Of a stretch of 64,000 bases of DNA, positions 50,179 through 64,000 are shown in pieces. The DNA is taken from positions 13,888,001 through 13,952,000 of the forward strand of contig OZ059898.1 in the NCBI GenBank assembly GCA_964057225.1, given 5' to 3'. Position 1 is the first letter of the stretch. Every line of letters begins with the position of its first letter. The notes beneath the pieces were generated by a model, which made no database searches, was not told where the DNA came from, and was given only the letters and a program-made list of their open reading frames with translations. Position numbers and translations under genes: made by a program. Source of the stretch: Auanema rhodensis. Its lineage: Eukaryota; Animalia; Nematoda.

Positions 50179-50871
50179 TTAAAGAATGCGGTGAATAAGG
50201 ATGAGGATGTAGGCAAAATGAGAAAGGCTTTGGAGAGCGACCGGTGTCGTATCGACAACTTGTGAGAATGAGGTCGATGCCTTGGCCAATGGCGATGGAT
50301 CCGCCTTCTACTGTGTGATATCGGGACTCTGGTGCTCTCCGTATTTTCTCTGTAGTTGAAAATCTGATTCACAAAACATCTGGGGTGACCAAGCTGTTAT
50401 TTTACAAAACGTTTAGTGTAATTCGTAATATTCGTTCAATTACAGCACATTTTACTGATTTGTATGCAACCATTTTCCTCATGCTGACTAAACTTATGTT
50501 TTGTTACACTAGTTTCTTGGCCATGTGGTGTGTCATCTTGCAACAAAACTTATGGTGTAATTCGTAACATGCTTTTGATAAAAGAGCAGTTTAACAATAA
50601 ATGTGCACCAATTTCTCTTTTGTCACCAAAAATAATTTTTGTTTCTTTACAATCTGGTTTTCAAATACATTTGGTGTAGCTCGCATGTTTCGTTGTAACA
50701 AAAGTCATGGGATTCGTAATATTAGTTTTACAAAAGAGCGTTTCGCAATGATGAATGTAGGTATTTCGTGATCAGAAATCGAATTTTGAAATAAAAGCAG
50801 AGTTAAATGGCTAAATATTACAAGAACTAGTATTAAAGTTGGAATAAGGTTCAATGCGTGAGTCTTATGCT

Positions 50872-51505
50872 TCTGAACAACAATAACGGTATGAGGAAGG
50901 TGACATTCAGTAAGGGGAGAAAATCCAAACCGATATGCTTTAGCCAACACGACCTGTGTTAATCATGATTCAAATTCGAGATAACATTTTTCAACAGGAT
51001 TTTTCGGACTATAGCGATCTATAAATTAACAATCCTCCCTTTTTGGTGAGGTTTCCCGTGTAATTTTTTTCATGCGTACTGATTATAAATTTAGGATGTT
51101 ATAAGCAAAATTTGTCTGAACGAAATCGTAACGCAAAATAAAATAGTCCTGATCGCAAAACAAACTTCATCCACGAAATATAAAGATATAACCGAAGTTA
51201 TTCTTTCCTTGAAGCCAAAATTAATCCTTAAAAAGGAGAAAGCGTGGGAAATACGAAATAACAATTACTTTAGGTGAATTTGTTCACTAATTCAGCCTAA
51301 AGCCCTCATCAAGCTTCAAGGTTGGGTAACAGAGCATTTCAGATGTTATAAGCAAGGATACGAAATTTAAAGGTTCAGACGAAAGAATTTTTGTGAACAA
51401 ACGGGAAAATAATAATCTCGAAACGTATAATCCTTCTTTAAAAAAAAAAAGGATTCCTTGCCTCTGTTCCCATTTAACGTTGTTGGCCCCTCCGTATTGT
51501 GTTAA
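50872..51505 (-). ncRNA. Conserved structured leader RNA, copy B
   Basis: Same helices as copies A and C. Confidence 0.72.
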
Positions 51506-51623
51506 GACATAGAGTAGATGGTATGAGAAAAAGAGAGATGAAAGAAATTTGAAAATGAATTAACAACACAAACATTAAAGAGAAGGAAAAAAAAATTGTG
51601 ATAAGTTCGAGGTGGAACCTCCA

Positions 51624-51981
51624 CGTTCCGTTATGCTCCCGCGTCGATCTTACAGACCAATGGAGTCTACAAGATGAGCGTGGTAGTATTCCAGATGTAG
51701 CGGTTAAACATGGAGCATAAGGATAAACATAAGACTCGAGAAAGATTGGTTTATTATATCTACGTGATTACAATAAGATACATATAACTAAGTAAAGGTT
51801 AAACTAATAGAGAACAGAGAGAGAACGACCAACCATCCATGATCGTCCCTGAGGCAAAGCTGAAGTGTTGTAATATGGAAAAGGGCGGGTCGTCTTCTCT
51901 CAGTCTCGCATTCTCTGACTCTAACCCGCCTGCTACAGCTTCGTCATATGAATGTAATGCATTGATCATCCGAATGGAACG
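51624..51981 (-). repeat. 5' LTR of element B
   Basis: Adjacent to the PBS (GTTCGA-GGTGGAACCTCCA on +). Confidence 0.96.
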
Positions 51982-54900
51982 AAATGGACAAGCTCAAGTA
52001 TTTTCAAAATCTTTGCAACATATTGCAATCAAATCATTCACAAAAAATGAAAAATGTGTGCGTTCGGGGGGAATCGAACCCCCGTCGAATGCTTGGAAGG
52101 CATCCATGCTGACCATTACACCACGAACGCTACGATGGCTCTTGAACTATTTGATTAGATGAGTTGACACATCTTTGACTTCATTGATAATTACGAATGA
52201 AAAGCAGTAACATATTTTTTTCAAACGTTTCACATCAAAAATTCAAAAATGGACAAGCTCAAGTATTTTCAAAATCTTTGCAACATATTGCAATCAAATC
52301 ATTCACAAAAAATGAAAAATGTGTGCGTTCGGGGGGAATCGAACCCCCGTCGAATGCTTGGAAGGCATCCATGCTGACCATTACACCACGAACGCTACGA
52401 TGGCTCTTGAACTATTTGATTAGATGAGTTGACACATCTTTGACTTCATATATAATTACAGAATAAAAGGAGAAACATATTTTTTTCAAACGTTTCACAT
52501 CAAAAATTCAAAAATGGACAAGCTCAAGTACTTTCAAAATCTTTGCAACATATTGCAAAACGTCAAACCATTCTTAAAAAATGAAAAATGTATGCGTTCG
52601 GGGGGAATCGAACCCCCGTCGAATGCTTGGAAGGCATCCATGCTGACCATTACACCACGAACGCTACAATAGGTTGTGAACTATTAGATTAGATGAGTTG
52701 ACACATCTTTGACTTCATTGATAATTACGAATGAAAAACAGTAACATATTTTTTTCAAACGTTTCACATCAAAAATTCAAAAATGGACAAGCTCAAGTAT
52801 TTTCAAAATCTTTGCAACATATTGCAATCAAATCATTCACAAAAAATGAAAAATGTATGCGTTCGGGGGGAATCGAACCCCCGTCGAATGCTTGGAAGGC
52901 ATCCATGCTGACCATTACACCACGAACGCTACGATGGCTCTTGAACTATTAGATTAGATGAGTTGACACATCTTTGACTTCATTGATAATTACGAATGAA
53001 AAGCAGTAACATATTTTTTTCAAACGTTTCACATCAAAAATTCAAAAATGGACAAGCTCAAGTATTTTCAAAATCTTTGCATCATATTGCAAAACGTCAA
53101 ACCATTCTTAAAAAATGAAAAATGTATGCGTTCGGGGGGAATCGAACCCCCGTCGAATGCTTGGAAGGCATCCATGCTGACCATTACACCACGAACGCTA
53201 CAATAGGTTGTGAACTATTAGATTAGATGAGTTGACACATCTTTGACTTCATTGATAATTACGAATGAAAAGCAGTAACATATTTTTTTCAAACGTTTCA
53301 CATCGAAAATTCAAAAATGGACAAGCTCAAGTACTTTCAAAATCTTTGCAACATATTGCAAAACGTCAAACCATTCTTAAAAAATGAAAAATGTATGCGT
53401 TCGGGGGGAATCGAACCCCCGTCGAATGCTTTGAAGGCATCCATGCTGACCATTACACCACGAACGCTACAATAGGTTGTGAACTATTAGATTAGATGAG
53501 TTGACACATCTTTGACTTCATTGATAATTACGAATGAAAAGCAGTAACATATTTTTTTCAAACGTTTCACATCAAAAATTCAAAAATGGACAAGCTCAAG
53601 TATTTTCAAAATCTTTGCAACATATTGCAATCAAATCATTCACAAAAAATGAAAAATGTATGCGTTCGGGGGGAATCGAACCCCCGTCGAATGCTTGGAA
53701 GGCATCCATGCTGACCATTACACCACGAACGCTACGATGGCTCTTGAACTATTAGATTAGATGAGTTGACACATCTTTGACTTCATTGATAATTACGAAT
53801 GAAAAGCAGTAACATATTTTTTTCAAACGTTTCACATCAAAAATTCAAAAATGGACAAGCTCAAGTATTTTCAAAATCTTTGCAACATATTGCAATCAAA
53901 TCATTCACAAAAAATGAAAAATGTATGCGTTCGGGGGGAATCGAACCCCCGTCGAATGCTTGGAAGGCATCCATGCTGACCATTACACCACGAACGCTAC
54001 GATGGCTCTTGAACTATTAGATTAGATGAGTTGACACATCTTTGACTTCATTGATAATTACGAATGAAAAGCAGTAACATATTTTTTTCAAACGTTTCAC
54101 ATCAAAAATTCAAAAATGGACAAGCTCAAGTATTTTCAAAATCTTTGCAACATATTGCAATCAAATCATTCACAAAAAATGAAAAATGTATGCGTTCGGG
54201 GGGAATCGAACCCCCGTCGAATGCTTGGAAGGCATCCATGCTGACCATTACACCACGAACGCTACGATGGCTCTTGAACTATTAGATTAGATGAGTTGAC
54301 ACATCTTTGACTTCATTGATAATTACGAATGAAAAGCAGTAACATATTTTTTTCAAACGTTTCACATCAAAAAATCAAAAATGGACAAGCTCAAGTATTT
54401 TCAAAATCTTTGCAACATATTGCAATCAAATCGTTCAGAAAAAATGAAAAATGTATGCGTTCGGGGGGAATCGAACCCCCGTCGAATGCTTGGAAGGCAT
54501 CCATGCTGACCATTACACCACGAACGCTACAATAGGTTGTGAACTATTAGATTAGATGAGTTGACACATCTTTGACTTCATTGATAATTACAAATGAAAA
54601 GCAGTAACATATTTTTTTCAAACGTTTCACATCAAAAAATCAAAAATGGACAAGCTCAAGTATTTTCAAAATCTTTGCAACATATTGCAAACAAATCGTT
54701 CACAAAAAATGAAAAATGTATGCGTTCGGGGGGAATCGAACCCCGTCGAATGCTTGGAAGGCATCCATGCTGACCATTACACCACGAACGCTACAATGGG
54801 TTGTGAACTATTAGATTAGATGAGTTGACACATCTTTGACTTCATATATAATTACAGAATGAAAAGCAGAAACATATTTTTTTCAAACGTTTCACATCAA

Positions 54901-57900
54901 AAATTCAAAAATGGACAAGCTCAAGTATTTTCAAGATCTTTGCAACATATAGCAAAACGTCAAACCATTCTTAAAAAATGAAAAATGTATGCGTTCGGGG
55001 GGAATCGAACCCCCGTCGAATGCTTGGAAGGCATCCATGCTGACCATTACACCACGAACGCTACAATAGGTTGTGAACTATTAGATTAGATGAGTTGACA
55101 CATCTTTGACTTCATATATAATTACGAATGAAAAGCAGTAACATATTTTTTTCAAACGTTTCACATCAAAAAATCAAAAATGGACAAGCTCAAGTATTTT
55201 CAAAATCTTTGCAACATATTGCAAACAAATCATTCACAAAAAATGAAAAATGTGTGCGTTCGGGGGGAATCGAACCCCCGTCGAATGCTTGGAAGGCATC
55301 CATGCTGACCATTACACCACGAACGCTACGATGGCTCTTGAACTATTTGATTAGATGAGTTGACACATCTTTGACTTCATATATAATTACAGAATGAAAA
55401 GCAGTAACATATTTTTTTCAAACGTTTCACATCAAAAATTCAAAAATGGACAAGCTCAAGTACTTTCAAAATCTTTGCAACATATTGCAAAACGTCAAAC
55501 CATTCTTAAAAAATGAAAAATGTATGCGTTCGGGGGGAATCGAACCCCCGTCGAATGCTTGGAAGGCATCCATGCTGACCATTACACCACGAACGCTACG
55601 ATGGCTCTTGAACTATTTGATTAGATGAGTTGACACATCTTTGACTTCATATATAATTACGAATGAAAAGCAGTAACATATTTTTTTCAAACGTTTCACA
55701 TCAAAAATTCTAAAATGGACAAGCTCAAGTATTTTCAAAATCTTTGCAACATATTGCAATCAAATCATTCACAAAAAATGAAAAATGTATGCGTTCGGGG
55801 GGAATCGAACCCCCGTCGAATGCTTGGAAGGCATCCATGCTGACCATTACACCACGAACGCTACGATGGCTCTTGAACTATTAGATTAGATGAGTTGACA
55901 CATCTTTGACTTCATTGATAATTACGAATGAAAAGCAGTAACATATTTTTTTCAAACGTTTCACATCAAAAATTCAAAAATGGACAAGCTCAAGTATTTT
56001 CAAAATCTTTGCAACATATTGCAATCAAATCATTCACAAAAAATGAAAAATGTATGCGTTCGGGGGGAATCGAACCCCCGTCGAATGCTTGGAAGGCATC
56101 CATGCTGACCATTACACCACGAACGCTACGATGGCTCTTGAACTATTAGATTAGATGAGTTGACACATCTTTGACTTCATTGATAATTACGAATGAAAAG
56201 CAGTAACATATTTTTTTCAAACGTTTCACATCAAAAAATCAAAAATGGACAAGCTCAAGTATTTTCAAAATCTTTGCAACATATTGCAATCAAATCGTTC
56301 AGAAAAAATGAAAAATGTGTGCGTTCGGGGGGAATCGAACCCCCGTCGAATGCTTGGAAGGCATCCATGCTGACCATTACACCACGAACGCTACAATACG
56401 TTGTGAACTATTAGATTAGATGAGTTGACACATCTTTGACTTCATATATAATTACGAATGAAAAGCAGTAACATATTTTTTTCAAACGTTTCACATCAAA
56501 AATTCAAAAATGGACAAGCTCAAGTATTTTCAAAATCTTTGCAACATATTGCAATCAAATCATTCACAAAAAATGAAAAATGTATGCGTTCGGGGGGAAT
56601 CGAACCCCCGTCGAATGCTTGGAAGGCATCCATGCTGACCATTACACCACGAACGCTACAATGGGTTGTGAACTATTAGATTAGATGAGTTGACACATCT
56701 TTGACTTCATATATAATTACAGAATGAAAAGCAGAAACATATTTTTTTCAAACGTTTCACATCAAAAATTCAAAAATGGACAAGCTCAAGTATTTTCAAG
56801 ATCTTTGCAACATATAGCAAAACGTCAAACCATTCTTAAAAAATGAAAAATGTATGCGTTCGGGGGGAATCGAACCCCCGTCGAATGCTTGGAAGGCATC
56901 CATGCTGACCATTACACCACGAACGCTACAATAGGTTGTGAACTATTAGATTAGATGAGTTGACACATCTTTGACTTCATTGATAATTACAAATGAAAAG
57001 CAGTAACATATTTTTTTCAAACGTTTCACATCAAAAAATCAAAAATGGACAAGCTCAAGTATTTTCAAAATCTTTGCAACATATTGCAAACAAATCGTTC
57101 ACAAAAAATGAAAAATGTATGCGTTCGGGGGGAATCGAACCCCCGTCAAATGCTTGGAAGGCATCCATGCTGACCATTACACCACGAACGCTACAATGGG
57201 TTGTGAACTATTAGATTAGATGAGTTGACACATCTTTGACTTCATATATAATTACAGAATGAAAAGCAGAAACATATTTTTTTCAAACGTTTCACATCAA
57301 AAATTCAAAAATGGACAAGCTCAAGTATTTTCAAGATCTTTGCAACATATAGCAAAACGTCAAACCATTCTTAAAAAATGAAAAATGTATGCGTTTGGGG
57401 GGAATCGAACCCCCGTCGAATGCTTGGAAGGCATCCATGCTGACCATTACACCACGAACGCTACAATAGGTTGTGAACTATTAGATTAGATGAGTTGACA
57501 CATCTTTGACTTCATATATAATTACGAATGAAAAGCAGTAACATATTTTTTTCAAACGTTTCACATCAAAAATTCAAAAATGGACAAGCTCAAGTATTTT
57601 CAAAATCTTTGCAACATATTGCAATCAAATCATTCACAAAAAATGAAAAATGTATGCGTTCGGGGGGAATCGAACCCCCGTCGAATGCTTGGAAGGCATC
57701 CATGCTGACCATTACACCACGAACGCTACGATGGCTCTTGAACTATTAGATTAGATGAGTTGACACATCTTTGACTTCATATATAATTACAGAATGAAAA
57801 GCAGAAACATATTTTTTCAAACGTTTCACATCAAAAAATCAAAAATGGACAAGCTCAAGTATTTTCAAAATCTTTGCAACATATTGCAAACAAATCGTTC

Positions 57901-60900
57901 ACAAAAAATGAAAAATGTATGCGTTCGGGGGGAATCGAACCCCCGTCGAATGCTTGGAAGGCATCCATGCTGACCATTACACCACGAACGCTACGATGGC
58001 CCTTGAACTATTAGATTAGATGAGTTGACACATCTTTGACTTCATTGATAATTACGAATGAAAAGCAGTAACATATTTTTTTCAAACGTTTCACATCAAA
58101 AATTCAAAAATGGACAAGCTCAAGTATTTTCAAAATCTTTGCAACATATTGCAAAACGTCAAATCATTCAGCATAAATGAAAAATGTATGCGTTCGGGGG
58201 GAATCGAACCCCCGTCGAATGCTTGGAAGGCATCCATGCTGACCATTACACCACGAACGCTACAATAGGTTGTGAACTATTAGATTAGATGAGTTGACAC
58301 ATCTTTGACTTCATTGATAATTACGAATGAAAAGCAGTAACATATTTTTTTCAAACGTTTCACATCGAAAATTCAAAAATGGACAAGCTCAAGTACTTTC
58401 AAAATCTTTGCAACATATTGCAAAACGTCAAACCATTCTTAAAAAATGAAAAATGTATGCGTTCGGGGGAAATCGAACCCCCGTCGAATGATTGGAAGGC
58501 ATCCATGCTGGCTATTACACCACGAACGCTACGATGGCTCTTGAACTATTAGATTAGATGAGTTGACACATCTTTGACTTCATATATAATTACAGAATGA
58601 AAAGCAGAAACATATTTTTTTAACGTTTCACATCAAAAAATCAAAAATGGACAAGCTCAAGTATTTTCAAGATCTTTGCAACATATTGCAAAACGTCAAA
58701 CCATTCTTAAAAAATGAAAAATGTATGCGTTCGGGGGGAATCGAACCCCCGTCGAATGCTTGGAAGGCATCCATGCTGACTATTACACCACGAACGCTAC
58801 GATGGCTCTTGAACTATTAGATTAGATGAGTTGACACATCTTTGACTTCATATATAATTACAGAATGAAAAGCAGAAACATATTTTTTTCAAACGTTTCA
58901 CATCAAAAATTCAAAAATGGACAAGCTCAAGTATTTTCAAGATCTTTGCAACATATAGCAAAACGTCAAACCATTCTTAAAAAATGAAAAATGTATGCGT
59001 TCGGGGGGAATCGAACCCCCGTCGAATGCTTGGAAGGCATCCATGCTGACCATTACACCACAAACGCTACAATAGGTTGTGAACTATTAGATTAGATGAG
59101 TTGACACATCTTTGACTTCATTGATAATTACGAATGAAAAGCAGTAACATATTTTTTTCAAACGTTTCACATCAAAAAATCAAAAATGGACAAGCTCAAG
59201 TATTTTCAAGATCTTTGCAACATATTGCAAAACGTCAAACCATTCTTAAAAAATGAAAAATGTATGCGTTCGGGGGGAATCGAACCCCCGTCGAATGCTT
59301 GGAAGGCATCCATGCTGACCATTACACCACGAACGCTACGATGGCTCTTGAACTATTAGATTAGATGAGTTGACACATCTTTGACTTCATTGATAATTAC
59401 GAATGAAAAGCAGAAACATATTTTTTTCAAACGTTTCACATCAAAAATTCAAAAATGGACAAGCTCAAGTATTTTCAAAATCTTTGCAACATATTGCAAA
59501 ACGTCAAACCATTCTTAAAAAATGAAAAATGTATGCGTTCGGGGGGAATCGAACCCCCGTCGAATGCTTGGAAGGCATCCATGCTGACCATTACACCACG
59601 AACGCTACAATAGGTTGTGAACTATTAGATTAGATGAGTTGACACATCTTTGACTTCATTGATAATTACGAATGAAAAGCAGTAACATATTTTTTTCAAA
59701 CGTTTCACATCAAAAATTCAAAAATGGACAAGCTCAAGTATTTTCAAAATCTTTGCAACATATTGCAATCAAATCATTCACAAAAAATGAAAAATGTATG
59801 CGTTCGGGGGGAATCGAACCCCCGTCGAATGCTTGGAAGGCTTCCATGCTGACCATTACACCACGAACGCTACGATGGCTCTTGAACTATTAGATTAGAT
59901 GAGTTGACACATCTTTGACTTCATTGATAACTACGAATGAAAAGCAGTAACATATTTTTTTCAAACGTTTCACATCAAAAATTCAAAAATGGACAAGCTC
60001 AAGTATTTTCAAAATCTTTGCAACATATTGCAATCAAATCGTTCACAAAAAATGAAAAATGTATGCGTTCGGGGGGAATCGAACCCCCGTCGAATGCTTG
60101 GAAGGCATCCATGCTGACCATTACACCACGAACGCTACGATGGCTCTTGAACTATTAGATTAGATGAGTTGACACATCTTTGACTTCATTGATAATTACG
60201 AATGAAAAGCAGTAACATATTTTTTTCAAACGTTTCACATCAAAAAATCAAAAATGGACAAGCTCAAGTATTTTCAAAATCTTTGCAACATATTGCAATC
60301 AAATCGTTCAGAAAAAATGAAAAATGTATGCGTTCGGGGGGAATCGAACCCCCGTCGAATGCTTGGAAGGCATCCATGCTGACCATTACACCACGAACGC
60401 TACGATGGCTCTTGAACTATTTGATTAGATGAGTTGACACATCTTTGACTTCATTGATAATTACGAATGAAAAGCAGTAACATATTTTTTTCAAACGTTC
60501 CACATCGAAAATTCAAAAATGGACAAGCTCAAGTATTTTCAAAATCTTTGCAACATATTGCAAAACGTCAAACCATTCTTAAAAAATGAAAAATGTATGC
60601 GTTCGGGGGGAATCGAACCCCCGTCGACTGCTTGGAAGGCATCCATGCTGACCATTACACCACGAACGCTACAATAGGTTGTGAACTATTAGATTAGATG
60701 AGTTGACACATCTTTGACTTCATTGATAATTACGAATGAAAAGCAGTAACATATTTTTTTCAAACGTTTCACATCAAAAATTCAAAAATGGACAAGCTCA
60801 AGTATTTTCAAAATCTTTGCAACATATTGCAAAACGTCAAACCATTCTTAAAAAATGAAAAATGTATGCGTTCGGGGGGAATCGAACCCCCGTCGACTGC

Positions 60901-63900
60901 TTGGAAGGCATCCATGCTGACCATTACACCTCGAACGCTACGATGGCTCTTGAACTATTAGATTAGATGAGTTGACACATCTTTGACTTCATTGATAATT
61001 ACGAATGAAAAGCAGTAACATATTTTTTTCAAACGTTCCACATCGAAAATTCAAAAATGGACAAGCTCAAGTACTTTCAAAATCTTTGCAACATATTGCA
61101 AAACGTCAAACCATTCTTAAAAAATGAAAAATGTATGCGTTCGGGGGGAATCGAACCCCCGTCGAATGCTTGGAAGGCATCCATGCTGACCATTACACCA
61201 CGAACGCTACAATAGGTTGTGAACTATTAGATTAGATGAGTTGACACATCTTTGACTTCATTGATAATTACGAATGAAAAGCAGTAACATATTTTTTTCA
61301 AACGTTTCACATCAAAAATTCAAAAATGGACAAGCTCAAGTATTTTCAAAATCTTTGCAACATATTGCAATCAAATCATTCACAAAAAATGAAAAATGTA
61401 TGCGTTCGGGGGGAATCGAACCCCCCTCGAATGCTTGGAAGGCATCCATGCTGACCATTACACCACGAACGCTACGATGGCTCTTGAACTATTAGATTAG
61501 ATGAGTTGACACATCTTTGACTTCATTGATAATTACGAATGAAAAGCAGTAACATATTTTTTTCAAACGTTTCACATCAAAAAATCAAAAATGGACAAGC
61601 TCAAGTATTTTCAAAATCTTTGCAACATATTGCAATCAAATCGTTCAGAAAAAATGAAAAATGTGTGCGTTCGGGGGGAATCGAACCCCCGTCGAATGCT
61701 TGGAAGGCATCCATGCTGACTATTACACCTCGAACGCTACGATGGCTCTTGAACTATTAGATTAGATGAGTTGACACATCTTTGACTTCATTGATAATTA
61801 CGAATGAAAAGCAGTAACATATTTTTTTCAAACGTTTCACATCAAAAATTCAAAAATGGACAAGCTCAAGTATTTTCAAAATCTCTGCAACATATTGCAA
61901 TCAAATCATTCACAAAAAATGAAAAATGTATGCGTTCGGGGGGAATCGAACCCCCGTCGAATGCTTGGAAGGCATCCATGCTGACCATTACACCACGAAC
62001 GCTACGATGGCTCTTGAACTATTTGATTAGATGAGTTGACACATCTTTGACTTCATTGATAATTACGAATGAAAAGCAGTAACATATTTTTTTCAAACGT
62101 TCCACATCGAAAATTCAAAAATGGACAAGCTCAAGTATTTTCAAAATCTTTGCAACATATTGCAAAACGTCAAACCATTCTTAAAAAATGAAAAATGTAT
62201 GCGTTCGGGGGGAATCGAACCCCCGTCGACTGCTTGGAAGGCATCCATGCTGACCATTACACCACGAACGCTACAATAGGTTGTGAACTATTAGATTAGA
62301 TGAGTTGACACATCTTTGACTTCATTGATAATTACGAATGAAAAGCAGTAACATATTTTTTTCAAACGTTTCACATCAAAAATTCAAAAATGGACAAGCT
62401 CAAGTATTTTCAAAATCTTTGCAACATATTGCAAAACGTCAAACCATTCTTAAAAAATGAAAAATGTATGCGTTCGGGGGGAATCGAACCCCCGTCGACT
62501 GCTTGGAAGGCATCCATGCTGACCATTACACCTCGAACGCTACGATGGCTCTTGAACTATTAGATTAGATGAGTTGACACATCTTTGACTTCATATATAA
62601 TTACAGAATGAGAAGCAGAAACATATTTTTTTTAACGTTTCACATCAAAAAATCAAAAATGGACAAGCTCAAGTATTTTCAAAATCTTTGCAACATATTG
62701 CAAAACGTCAAACCATTCTTAAAAAATGAAAAATGTATGCGTTCGGGGGGAATCGAACCCCCGTCGAATGCTTGGAAGGCATCCATGCTGACCATTACAC
62801 CACGAACGCTACGATGTCTCTTGAACTATTAGATTAGATGAGTTGACACATCTTTGACTTCATTGATAATTACGAATGAAAAGCAGTAACATATTTTTTT
62901 CAAACGTTTCACATCAAAAAATCAAAAATGGACAAGCTCAAGTATTTTCAAAATCTTTGCAACATATTGCAATCAAATCGTTCAGAAAAAATGAAAAATG
63001 TATGCGTTCGGGGGGAATCGAACCCCCGTCGAATGCTTGGAAGGCATCCATGCTGACCATTACACCACGAACGCTACAATAGGTTGTGAACTATTAGATT
63101 AGATGAGTTGACACATCTTTGACTTCATTGATAATTACGAATGAAAAGCAGTAACATATTTTTTTCAAACGTTTCACATCAAAAATTCAAAAATGGACAA
63201 GCTCAAGTATTTTCAAAATCTTTGCAACATATTGCAATCAAATCATTCACAAAAAATGAAAAATGTATGCGTTCGGGGGGAATCGAACCCCCGTCGAATG
63301 CTTGGAAGGCATCCATGCTGACCATTACACCACGAACGCTACGATGGCTCTTGAACTATTAGATTAGATGAGTTGACACATCTTTGACTTCATTGATAAT
63401 TACGAATGAAAAGCAGTAACATATTTTTTTCAAACGTTCCACATCAAAAAATCAAAAATGGACAAGCTCAAGTATTTTCAAAATCTTTGCAACATATTGC
63501 AAAACGTCAAACCATTCTTAAAAAATGAAAAATGTATGCGTTCGGGGGGAATAGAACCCCCGTCGAATGCTTGGAAGGCATCCATGCTGACCATTACACC
63601 ACGAACGCTACGATGGCTCTTGAACTATTTGATTAGATGAGTTGACACATCTTTGACTTCATTGATAATTACGAATGAAAAGCAGTAACATATTTTTTTC
63701 AAACGTTCCACATCGAAAATTCAAAAATGGACAAGCTCAAGTATTTTCAAAATCTTTGCAACATATTGCAATCAAATCGTTCACAAAAAATGAAAAATGT
63801 ATGCGTTCGGGGGGAATCGAACCCCCGTCGAATGCTTGGAAGGCATCCATGCTGACCATTACACCACGAACGCTACGATGGCTCTTGAACTATTTGATTA

Positions 63901-64000
63901 GATGAGTTGACACATCTTTGACTTCATTGATAATTACGAATGAAAAGCAGTAACATCTTTTTTTCAAACGTTTCACATCAAAAATTCAAAAATGGACAAG
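51982..64000 (-). repeat. Tandem tRNA-Gly(TCC) array, ~45 genes, continues past the window end
   Basis: First gene 52059-52130, last 63802-63873; 264-270 bp units. Confidence 0.96.
53396..53467 (-). tRNA. Second tRNA-Gly body with TCA anticodon
   Basis: + strand GCTTTGAAGGC corresponds to loop CTTCAAA; otherwise consensus. Confidence 0.7.

Larger units (their letters stand above)
40358..51981 (-). mobile_element. Element B: full-length relative of A in the tRNA spacer, 4-bp TSD AAAT
   Basis: 358-bp LTRs at 40358-40715 and 51624-51981; PBS 51605-51623; PPT 40716-40726; flanks ..GAAAAAT| and |AAATGGACAAG. Confidence 0.97.

Noticed and set aside
7653-63905. Dozens of 60-84 aa ORFs (MDKLKYF.., MKSSNIFF..)
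   Set aside because: They are antisense translations of the tRNA repeat unit; the frames change freely with spacer indels.

Overview
AT-rich eukaryotic DNA, most likely nematode (the tRNA-Gly/Ser sequences are of the C. elegans type; the MULE gene has short ..TTT(C/T)AG introns). Bases 1-5.8 kb hold degraded transposons: the 3' end of a CR1/L2-like LINE, a short 189-bp tRNA-Ser(AGA) tandem array, a Merlin/IS1595-like transposase pseudogene and a MULE-like transposase pseudogene. The rest is a ~267-bp tandem array of about 114 tRNA-Gly(TCC) genes, on + to 14.6 kb and on - from 18.1 kb. Three related Ty3/Gypsy LTR elements interrupt it. A (28084-40174, +) is intact, with LTRs that look identical by eye. 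B (40358-51981, -) has a single amber stop. C (14605-18135, -) is internally deleted and sits at the inversion breakpoint. The family shows several unusual traits: (1) one ORF in the order Gag-signal peptide-herpesvirus gB-like class III fusion protein-TM-PR-RT-RH-IN; (2) a ~570-680 nt multi-pseudoknot RNA in the 5' leader, supported by compensatory changes across the three copies; (3) LTR ends CG...CG instead of TG...CA; (4) a split tRNA-Gln primer-binding site; (5) a conserved coding N-terminus with no AUG; (6) apparent targeting of tRNA arrays. All alignments, base pairings and copy counts were done by eye and need computational confirmation.
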